DNA of 64,000 bases, from positions 53,110 through 117,109 of IMG/VR virus record IMGVR_UViG_3300031555_004942; one strand, written 5' to 3'. The DNA comes from a virus (lineage: Duplodnaviria; Caudoviricetes). A program made the position numbers and the translations under genes. Below, one piece after another: positions 51,201 to 54,800 of this stretch. Every line of letters begins with the position of its first letter. The first letter of the stretch is position 1. The notes beneath the pieces are model-generated. The model had not been told where the DNA came from. It did no database searches and saw nothing but the letters and a program-made list of their open reading frames with translations.

Positions 51201-51742
51201 AAACAGATAAGGTTGATGGTTTAACAAAAGATGTATGGGAAAAAATCAGAGTAGAAAAAATTAATTTAATGCATAAATCTGGGGATTTAACAGATGAGCA
51301 AAGAGATGCATATTTAAAAGATATATCCATATCTAATAGACCAAAAGAATCATCTGAAGGATTATCTGAAGAAACATCTGAAAATAATTCAGAAATACAA
51401 AAAGAAGATATTAAAGAAGCTGTACAAGAAGGCACAAAAGAGGGAATAAAAGAAGCCTTTAATCTTACTGCAAGCATTGCAGAATATAATGAATATAATT
51501 CAAATCCTTCATTAGCAAATGTTGATTCCAATACAATAAATAAAATGTCAATTGTTAATGATGGTTCGGGAGTTGTTGCTCATAACAATCCTGAAAAAAC
51601 AAGTAATATACAAATAGGGCAACCTGTTAATAATAATATTACTAATAATAATAACTTTATTTATAAAGGAAGTATTAGTGGAATTGCATCAGCAGTTAAT
51701 AAAACAAATGAACATCTTGATGCGACATCTAATACAATGTAA
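30215..51742 (+). CDS. Giant tape measure polyprotein (7,175 aa): DEDDh exonuclease + two-barrel virion RNA polymerase + PD-(D/E)XK nuclease + TMP core + peptidoglycan hydrolases
   Basis: Uninterrupted ORF at the TMP position, upstream of the tail-tip genes; domain motifs are listed in the sub-features. Confidence 0.9.
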   Translation: MDKDIKKNETTGFWDTKKWRNFLSDMQRNAGSLGINSEVSELMKKTLSDNAFKADFKGVQKLFGQIQDLQGGLDALKTIKNSSTNLYKDFVHNLYGTTSGSDYLKEYTSQQIKRLNQVKSIVSGQEKELTWATKMIENGTIIAEGYNLAGNKVRRREYTQGKSKPVFSKGVDYDRSGKISASYSPYRYNDVNSRGDVVSRGGMLKTHYDKNGTVVNQDIVDYRTSKSITQPVSKTYRPNQVLKSTYKGVGPTNNDIFIMGNQRYSKFVSNSPIQLDNQKDKFGRYNGALERLRQGIDESIANIVNQGTQAIDKMSVSTVKGSNSRKISTSSFKGIDPKKMNYFDFETIGQLGLGNFMPTQFSVRHQDGKVDSKVLKMSQKGQEYISGILKDLKSGNWGNLNNDKLRDLTHMADFSVINGKIATKHENFSGIRPDQITGNLLANIESGFEILKNAEKYTNGTADAKSAIENMLKSTKGTMVGHNIRSFDNEVFKQLGVDFSDFKFLDTLEMAKKYYNYGDMRQHISGGKSVHKRLMGFSQSHLQDFFNIDMSDLLKQGINQHTAEYDTELNKRIAEAMFKEINSNQVKNRYVGGKVGSVKVGQVGTATKGHFRQHAYDFKTDAMGKVLRKSENEWNDLLMRSGGQYAYEGKTSITDTKGVARNFAKFFDLNSGESVYKYVADDVDLGKFMSDIFNGHFSTIKDTTTSAKASIFRGDTGYANLSALMSALQGNSVSQRQQYRANMLKEADGGKFITMAQQIYKGLEGSGLSDIQKSLALELMGSKMGMSQQKMFSMNNIRDLISLSSGGTVNGTVSALKTFLGKNKQFFANSLEYSSLFEDIDIASRGMSDSAMGTSGDNFYGIYQRIAEQLRGSDFAKQYESQLKFNKDVYKNGYDINSIVKKSIEDVNKFVSNTGEDALERIYSSSSSEIKSALDGKSLNKRLGNLQKLGVLKDTSMVATKSISEQLSKSIKGLQESGIGTRISLSGDGTGLNLSLFDSADSKSISFNSEGKMILDPNRSASVYIPLDKGNGILDDNGMLKTNMMTTTYDGESGFKLTTLQDKMIESITRVLDSGSIRKNMSEGKFSAINSALFHAKQNALNLSPSAGTYKQGSIWNDYEDSFKVGASPEQMAIRTSMVNLTDGIVNLLDQNYDITPNNTESYNYSQAIQHVMDYAALLSKGIPNINDMISGENSPYSWMIKNGKEGAFEKTTSHLQKLVSNLPMNLSAIKEAAYLNQTYGLLGTGGFAPGFEWHPEDQRNIAQSHNRLKLKKATGYAKEAMKKDVFTSDVAKIFGFTPQDTVEAGLVTEQHVYEGYKKMYEAQMRDEGKIKPETDAWNKELKRRMSSSPMLSVENDSGIIAKDFADSAFYSMEKSMTVNEEDFYKILNGKTIQNIEKSGLHVLDKGYNLSQMSIGNKTIHDGDILKSVTNNGDGTYFLKMEEILNMGKNAHSKAISGSGNRFTVGLANSDLMKYIAEAAGLSSVPTMFLKKKLEPSEDENGNKVYKNELKQKDIAGAWNERLQKIFSDYLSQGGDNNIQSLYNSLPKQMQKYFSISDGQLKGSSYFDGTSWKIKGSNEELFENESDMKHFFDLNQTGLIAQTAKNLGVTYDPNMIRTAVNMANEYSYFSGFGYNPDEAEFDSKHKVTMKEQDAVRRKIGALKTKDNTFETFSKHMADYITKSELQLQPLRQKATRIDKIVSTAANANASEAKKAIALGERTLKVVDRSINSELADDEISLHSLGNHRGITKDGKISENAWKNTSAGIFAERAKKLGWGEDYQIVYEGQPVQITTGEGHVMQGSTMVFGNHGSEIKKGKVAPSSLDSSADRVWNALKAIKTGTYQGDIPADEYVANLYSSYLKDTYDMTHSKESPLFQELNSKRLTNATAGKAAGTNYVQMRADFGNAYSNAVMVNPEHLKEMLSIDKKNVSKEDYNAYKQNLQWMYEDLVPQNNRIKNMNSVSSLIDGIVNAVTIENSTSGPLTKGLESMFHRFPSTNGLDEYFGQLFVSKGLQKGNISVGAGLALRENLDFDGDVQYAALLGLNNKFKDKNEWNKFRKENTKIRTWDENISKKLQAKVLSEANVENSDVYDSENVVKALQQYNETVSTPVFSKKNFGKIGGLSNFSTAVRNKMKNAGIDETSSSATIEQKANAIMTRSVFELFEQDAISSKKVAQRMLSKSEGNEKALIDDLDNFYKMLSSMDYSSKGAKWSSVFAEAERLGIFGKDGVFDTRQAHNAVSTIEELGRYHGYGGLKGGVAGRALLEKVFGKGTVGSFYDEKGNLLSGDVLKTAGVVSRDAYLKAVTAIDESLGKDSLSSAIYDEKNVIGRASQKSYEKAVREYMKTFSKNHGMGKMTNKDIYASGINGTTLIDNLSQESGQTVIPEVQQQGGQAGLALSQDAVAIIEAITNALNGQTAAWKENGMAVGNAIKNTNAMTVAQRKNAELMKNPVNARKAGLNVLPGENIMENYDNIVHSALSGSGQSMFTDELMFRNIRKAELDQETHKYFVDGKQQNIDFSLSQAGILGRENKTFTESFATSERKQLFKQYLNGEDIKIRNSLSDMPTVYSSANGNQIRDLRDLEDKAGYYFQDIAATERGRILGDVTHDMLDHYSQLSNTRLKSMTPDSFISQYFAGNVAGTKLNDLSKEWSLAGGTGSLLENLQGISGNTFKAINDLSIVGIDKLFKDASKNNLLSQSEQSFVGEIYDPVTGALKTFGGTFDAILKNMVVDYKTAKNPDVNKFAVQLEMLLRTIESYAGSGLNDSAVQELYSQISKAGIAIHNTQTGNTSAIQLTRPSNAALAKTMNYIQYSQSLQDMSEIRDPNFVDLVWTKGDLRRFSNNKLQNAYRNISEFLYQGSTSGGTSEENFQKFLSGFAKDGLTFKKNKGTSESNKGTSSWFVDDNGQRMVMSVDFANGRVSSPSSLKVRELISDEKGKYLSDEQTYSHYLNEYLKAYQRYNDFSLSDEEQRHATANFNKMREKLFNFEQQGFLTPEKINELRQAHLDSPEAEKMLKAIGEPPKEASQRNYVSAYQRLSEAQNKIRYQESLPTALRDSKVYDTEIMNAQKAQADLDKARLELYSKEGGGVRSDVEVQQLQQRLQDYVNFHPSMLGKIIPQEASYEDITRLANDDSKSAGYNKILSDRLAIIKQLVSAQNELNSLVNSGDKKAITNATAKRNQARAELDNINKIIGELNPYLIDANKQIVSDTMQEQDKILSGESANLEKGTKEYEQRKHMVEDFKKYNKEILDLQEKQHAIQTKMKQGKATTDDYAQLQHIQKQISDTQAIMPTLDKDGFISDKTGAKFKTTEAQQADIHHTFAQQERDYNKRIAEQTMLASGKKGLGNYLKNLGKQTIGYFSMSMSYKIIGMITQIFSSIIQKTKEFNKTMIDIQIVTRKSSNEVGDLVKEYNGYAKELGVTTQAVATSANQFLRMGYNAQETAKLIESSMKLSKLGMIEAGQAAEYLTSAIKGYQLSAQESEKVVDMATTLDMSYAVDAGYILSAMSRTATSAKLAKVEMSELQSMIAVIGETTQKDASVVGESLKTAFARYGNVKAGVAAKTNLSDLDEQSKDELEAVNDIERVLTTYNIDVRESDNKTWRSYSNIMKDINEQWAKYSDYEKNAIATAMFGTRQRENGLVVLEKYNEVLKANEKAINSEGTANKKYETYLTGVEAAQNRFTATWEKFINNINGSDGLKVWYNLLTQIVEMMNHWKLILGVIVAMKAPQIFTAFGKFSNSFGGFFTGAKKTWGSATSGFKEKGWSGVWQGTKQAFKDSWGDIETDAKNKLSLKAEVHEANNLLAQILQTLQGKDIDGDNDSNTTQSAGSKSSTQNNLNNQNVPISLLGNGQSNPRPSGGVNIIPSDGSVIPMGGTVKNVLSYGNNPILLGNGFVPQPVGNGIMSLPQGNIITDPSLMLPPAISGGPVGKAILLPKTAGGVNVIPSDGSVIPMGGTVGSVIDKKKKTTNKKEKAEARAKREQEKQKIKDAQKRNKKAENARKEYNRTIDKGGPFTEKDRGFFKNKRETIKNMPHTSLSSTLRKTTIDADIARVEDNIDSMFIGSHHKRQQRYNELFHAKRYSKRSFKPTKIKNVQRNALIPTTGIAVSENTNIPNKQGWFSQKWHGFKDRLREEIAFREARGEYRVGKLRQKINNRFGHNKGFTDIPWTNDPSLMLPLGQNTNNIPQKQGWLKKGWNKTKSAILKPYKFLDNKVKNSQAAANMASTIGTMTGFIGGGMLGNAISEEHGGTIGSLLGITNMAITAINPLIGAITGVVSTGLGIIVNQIKKHNEKQIKLAQEHYEKLQNKVSTLENSTKDFNRYDLLSRGVNEFGNNVSLSDSEYEEFLKLGNDLGESFPELITRIDETGNSFLGFDGKIGNVVQGLEEFTKQLKKSEAIAGLNKDNLEGEYSSYVSRIRDIKDNIQSKKESSKFLSDSEIQRLNKEGKFYINKTEMSDEDIKTLKELKKDKNLNIKKEELSNSLNNGFWSSVWADIKYEWGLGEDPYSDVYTFKKEDLEKNKDLERLYYKYSGDINTSEQSIKQQEAEIKRISGQYTSDILNNLINSGQVNLDNDTKSMVSTLLNNLFPDIDEATKVWNSREGEAVSIKDNILDIANLISSGDSAIYLKQMSSINTSDNLQNANNSFNESSNNLKNELFVKNSAFVKALENQGYDIDYKKQTVTKDNKTQTFDDYILDLTPQGKSLHNLNIQLDSKTKDGKNLYDIDGLSRDVLQTEFSQDELREILGMSELEVKNIIGTSTGDEAIDKLRTRAIINTQNSMDDVSGSFVTAFRNLADKDGKKIFDDLTESEIAQYAQDYFDYPEETLKRLNEQGVTLNDSMLKYLERLKEYADQLDMSVDDFVKNAKYVSHLDLNGFSTKKASDIKTEINTLMEVADSIRQGNEITGEQMDALMSSNPEILNEAMKDPNYLNNPTQAYLSAIEKQLSFFEGASHNVSIGGYYAKDSTGFWDTYIDPNNDLSWINSLGGAMNASKYFIGEDFNLNTNYKSEDYDKKFTDKSGLQSGIQKIKTDQGFTTDAQAYDYLVTTFGTSEQKQRYNKLSGTDKENEAKKIADELATQYYDWLENITDLSPELKKIFEKIGESINISNEVENAERDASNYYGLQDLRQKMSRQREDYKEQLKDLEVQKRLNELENYLQKRNLLIDRYNNEIANADWALDIIAPSDYFGKIDITANKLEATLNKYNELKAQFKELSEMTPQSPEEAQKIADTMKSITDQMPELTKELAKAEETLKNIALDSISESINNITSSFDQQRKVLNNSVEMSLSFTGVSSSLDLLGLDYTPMIENKTEVEKKQDEYKTLLSMQEDFQDESLESQNTYLDLLKTDQEEEYFKNKKRLREDDIASMRSYYNELWAYAKLGKELTEDEMKSVVSYFKNAEGIDFLPDFYQTGNGKWRYSQSGKSGESDDEDTPEIDNNAIGQITKKISNKETLTKDEKEQYVNHLKSLYGDKKQEKFFIENEDGYSFNQEEFRKSLLQPDGSILMPTSSANIPSQADITKTVEQMIKTGVENVDVNSTEIKTKYIAPKIGQLLGAFLDVWNEDKNKLEYKLTKPSLLGFSDGKLSADGDNKGWGSQGLIQDMKDAMKEVMHGLNEDSSNWKLNAPTPDKTSWETFGQTIGEYISDGIDKGVEIGLARQSEDSLPTSEGSGSAGSMSSTATSSGSIPTGAAMYFHSPYDKINGHVGIYGGDGYIYHLGKGVKKNTLQELESKGYVYRGWGWSGGKDQSNQGYKIAEEAKKMSSYGYASGNCQKWVSKVYQQALGGNRYQYTRPSAKLAGDEWIIGNARDGENSSLVGINQNTAIGRLIAKKAQEHNLGYGISLDGLGFLSAKYEGGKVGAIATVKGDHGGTSYGIPMFATNTGSADNFVRWLKNQYPDLGKFFGYHKAGTPGFNQAWKNVSDLYSQIFGQAQIQYGMDTIVDPQYNKILKKYGLDMKRSRALYEVLISMAYQYNNLSTGLLNGYKSNMTDREIIELIYNNKANNVSSNFKSSSKSVQRGVANRIKNEKIDALTLAAYSIGTSYHKGGKALLGDENLLKGINQPSPETLIYPNGKVEIIGEDGPVIKNIPIGTQVLTTSQTKALFRNIPNYAEGTEVGKAYFTSGNYNIRKGPNGEIITTIPKDKSYGFYLMDENGEWKKGTFYYGNEENRKMMVGWIHQNGLKEYKDDSNNTPIEAHNVYNDGEIGKEYSASTISSQENNDNKETSKKKLTKEEIQAIEKKAQDLIDTLSIPFESKAKEIQINKLNKDLYKKPIIELYEYMDDTTTDYVERIQNKAMLAMYKKEGDLDTLYQEANLYKDQQQALLEEYYAAIERGESTEFLSKLKDSILELDDALKSVDSEIQSWVDEMISYATQALEAFRSKINHEQEMLDFDYNLGVIGKKTDENYYKVRSENREELKRQSEKYIDSVVNTIVRQALIEGASVEAAYNKAYNSEEYKTAIKEHYQLFEAEKQDNEDKLASQREEIRNRETLLDLSREERWNNLDNINIYYGEKEEAIDNEIIALKEALKWENLSHEEYVQKTMEIADLEKKKADNIKARLEAMQEFYSRQYDSMTYMVNEYTDALNDEKEAISKTYDEEIRKLQTVNEQKERGIKLTELQTALDNAKKEKKRIYRAGVGFVYEENREEINKAEKELEDFYSQDRIDSMNEAKELELKALDERIEGWNKYLEAIEKVYKTAERRDHMKVLEGLYGVEGWEGIWKILNDDSNEFLINKEAGQDIYYGQNTNMLENYIGVSSEIYKKMDEGVQLLKDISEYETSSVKLQGVPNWRDYAHVISDFNATASDSTLIQQLNEEYGWNLTPQDLKNMSDQKYNDLFAEITQLFESKGPEEAMKSLKYVLETGWIDGDSPLGTLTYGTYQQAYNIGKDILLKKGSPLYNTFNQPTNLDLNKLGLSYGVYVHDGFSNNLIKDGRVNKDSIDYKKLKEGHFSDEDIYNFAFSDMIKQKAKEAIETDLDINGVILPQFKDGKTDKVDGLTKDVWEKIRVEKINLMHKSGDLTDEQRDAYLKDISISNRPKESSEGLSEETSENNSEIQKEDIKEAVQEGTKEGIKEAFNLTASIAEYNEYNSNPSLANVDSNTINKMSIVNDGSGVVAHNNPEKTSNIQIGQPVNNNITNNNNFIYKGSISGIASAVNKTNEHLDATSNTM
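31232..31950 (+). other. DEDDh (DnaQ-like) 3'-5' exonuclease domain in the giant protein
   Basis: ExoI YFDFET (D344, E346); ExoII VGHNIRSFD (D488); DTLEMAK; ExoIII HTAEYD (H561, D566). Confidence 0.85.
33950..36740 (+). other. Single-chain two-barrel (DPBB) RNA polymerase catalytic core in the giant protein
   Basis: Beta-like: PGFEWHPEDQR, ENDSGIIAKDF (about aa 1355), SKAISGSGNRFTV (K1454/R1462). Beta'-like: LNSKRL (K1883), HRFP (R1994), NLDFDGD (aa 2030-2036, nt 36302-36322). Then IGGLSN...EQDAISSKK. Confidence 0.88.
37721..38600 (+). other. PD-(D/E)XK (RecB/Cas4-like) nuclease domain in the giant protein
   Basis: HKYFVDG; G...HD.L; SEQ; GTFD (D2724); VVDYKT (D2733, K2735); QLEM. Confidence 0.75.
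40360..41340 (+). other. Tape measure core domain (TP901/PhageMin_Tail-like)
   Basis: EFNKTMIDIQIVT...YAKELGVTTQAVATSANQFLRMG...LTSAIKGY...VGESLKTAFARYG...IATAMFGTRQ. Confidence 0.9.
41792..42088 (+). repeat. 57-nt direct repeat (GGVN[IV]IPSDGSVIPMGGTV) within the TMP
   Basis: Copies at 41792-41848 and 42032-42088, 240 nt apart, near-identical DNA. Confidence 0.9.
47285..47640 (+). other. Circularly permuted NlpC/P60 peptidoglycan peptidase domain
   Basis: GAAMYF...GHVGIYGGDGYIYH (His at 47333) precedes GNCQKWVSKVY (Cys at 47534). Confidence 0.7.
47759..48325 (+). other. Lysozyme-like muramidase domain (VgrG3 C-terminal-like)
   Basis: LSAKYEGG..GAI....GDHGGTSYG...F....G....F..WL...F...W....SMAYQY...IY....F.SSS...Q.GVANR..NE...AL. 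Confidence 0.7.
48578..48770 (+). other. SH3b-like cell-wall binding domain
   Basis: NYNIRKGPNGEIITTIPK....NGEWKK.......GWIH. Confidence 0.6.
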
Positions 51743-51755
51743 CTAACTTTTCAAA

Positions 51756-51806
51756 AGAGAATAGGAGTAGGAGAGGCTACTCCTCTCCTCTCTTTGGTTT
51801 TCTTTT
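51756..51806 (+). terminator. Hairpin / probable terminator after the TMP gene
   Basis: AGGAGTAG...CTACTCCT stem followed by a pyrimidine/T-rich tract. Confidence 0.6.
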
Positions 51807-51823
51807 AGAAAGGAGGAATAGAT

Positions 51824-54800
51824 ATGGCTGTTTTTAAGCCTAATAATTTTTATCCATACCAACAGGAGATTGATATGGAATCATTAGATGGGAATGTTTT
51901 TAGTTGCCAAGTTAATACTGATGGAGCATTAGTCAGTGGAGCAAGACTAAAAATATTATCTGCTATTGATAATACAGAATTATATGAGAATGTATATCAA
52001 TTTGAAGTAGAGAATGCTACAATCAATGGTACTACTACAATAAGAACACCCTATCGAAACAAAGAAGTTGCGGAAATGTTTGTAGCTCCATACGAAATAT
52101 TTCCAGAGTATAAAGAAGATGAGAATGGGAATAAAATTTGGATTTTATCCGATATTAGTTTTCAGTCTTTATGTGGTTTAAATATTGATTATAACAAGAA
52201 AAAAGATATGTGTCCTTATAATTTCTATCTTGTAAAAAAAAATAAACTTTCATTATTTAAAATAAAAGTAAAAATATTAGACACAGAGGGTAAAACCACT
52301 TATGAAGATATTGATTTTTATGATTTTAAAATTATACCTTCAGACAAGGTGGAGAATTTATTTAACATAGAGTTTAACAATAATGAAATATTTAATAAAT
52401 ACGAAGGACTTGATATAAGTTATTTTATAGTGTTAAAAAATAATTATGATTATCTTTGGAATGTAAGATTATATGAACATTATTTTGATGAGCAAATAGA
52501 TAATGGGACATTTGTTTCTGATGGATATATTACAGGTACTACAAAGAATGTTATTTGGTATAACAACAATAACAATAATAGTAATTCTGATGAATTAGAA
52601 ACTTATGTAAAAAAAGATAATTATGTGGAAGTCATTGCTGACGAAAGTAATTCTGATATTTTTGAAGATCAAATAATAGAGGGTAAAAAAACAAAAGGAC
52701 GTTTACAAAACAATAATGATAATAATGATTTTTCAGAAGAACAAATTTTGGACAATATTAATGGATATATTTTAACAGATTTTAATGGGAATTATGTTGT
52801 ACATTCTGATAGATATACAGTTACAGATAGTGGACAAATTATTTTATCTGATAAAAATGAAAAATTATGGAACCCAAATAGCTATCAAGAGGTCCCAACT
52901 CATAAATATAGTGATGGGAGTAAATGGCAAAGATATTATGAAATATATAATACTTATATTACTACAGAATATGAATCTCCATGGTATTTTTTAAATAATG
53001 TTACTATTAATATATCCGATAATAAAAATTTTATTCTTGATACTTCACAATCAAAAATAGGGGATATTGTACCTAGAAAAACTGGTATTGCGAGTTCTAA
53101 TTCTTATAAAGGAAATAAATTAATTTATCCATTATACTCATTGGATGGTCTTCATACTCATGGTCTTTGGACAACTACTCAATATTATGAAAAAGATTTT
53201 AAAACAAAAGAAGAATTTATGAATGGTTATAAAATGTTTCCATTTGTTGTCCCTGACTGTAGGAATTATATAATCGTAAAAGAAATTAAAGAAACAGAAG
53301 ATGTTGCTCAACAGTATGCAATGAATACCAATTCAATGATAATGTCTATTTTAGATAATAATTATGTTGAAAAGAAATATTATGTAAAAATATTATCTCC
53401 TCTTCCTTTGTTTTATGAATTTTATCAAATAGAAGTGGAAGAGTATAATAAAGGATCTGGTAATGAATGGTATTATTTATATTATAAATCCAATGAAAAT
53501 AATTTATTTCCTTTAATCAATGATACTTATGATTATGATATAGATATGTATTGTTTTAATAAAAAAGAAAATGGATTTTTTAATACATATAATGCAATGA
53601 TTAAAATAGATTTACTATATTTTTATTATAGTGTTGCTAATTTTTTTAAAAAAGATTATTATGCTTTATCTAAATTATGTATTGAACCATCAAATAATAT
53701 AAATACTTATAATTTTGTTAAGGGATGTACTCAAACTCAAAATATAGAACATTCTAGTACATATAGATGGTCTGGATTCTATAAGTTACCTAGTAATTTT
53801 AATAATGACAATTTACCTTATATTTTAATACAGGATTATAATAATAGTTCTTATTCATTAGTTATAGAATTAGATACATCAGAGTATATATCTGATAATA
53901 AAATTTATTTCACCAAAGAATTTGAAATCCCGTATTTGCATAATAGTAGTCTTTATGCAGATATAATCATCCCCTCAATTGATACACAATGTCAGTTTGG
54001 TGATTTTACTTTAGTCCATCAATCTAAAAATACTATAAATTCTATTAATCTTGATACTATGAATGTAGATTTTATTAATTATATAGATAATATATATATA
54101 GAATTTATTTTTAATCCTTTAATTAATTGGGCAGATAGTCATTTTAATCAATTTTCATATTTAAATAATTCGGTGCAAAAAATAAAAAACTTTAACTCTA
54201 TGGATTTTTCAATTACTTTATTTGATAAAAAATACGAAGAATTATTATTTGGATTTTTAAGTTTGCAAGGAACAAATGATATGATTGATGGTATATATAA
54301 TGTTGATTATAAAATTATATATAAGCAAAGAGAAAAAATTGTTTGGACAACAAATAAAATTGGGTTATTGTATGATATGAATAAAATTGAGACCGAAAAT
54401 GAATTTAAGATAAATTTAAAAGACGGAGCAACTATATATTTATATCCATGTTCTGATAAGAATACATATAATTCATTTTTTGGAATAAAGGATGATTCTT
54501 TAAATGTAGATAATATATATATAAGATTCCCTGAATATGAAGGAAAAGATTCTGCAGGTAATACTATAAAAGATCATGGAAAATATTATGAGAATGTTTC
54601 TGATAATAGTACTATACGTAGATATTTTGTTAATAGAAAATATGAGAATGATTGTCCTTTAGATGTATATGGAGTAGAAGTTAAATCAGAAGCTTTTGAA
54701 AATTATATTGATAAAACAGATTCAGGAATTTATAACGGATATTATTGCAAATTATTTAAAGTATCATCATATGATCCAAATACTGGAGAGTTTGTAATAG

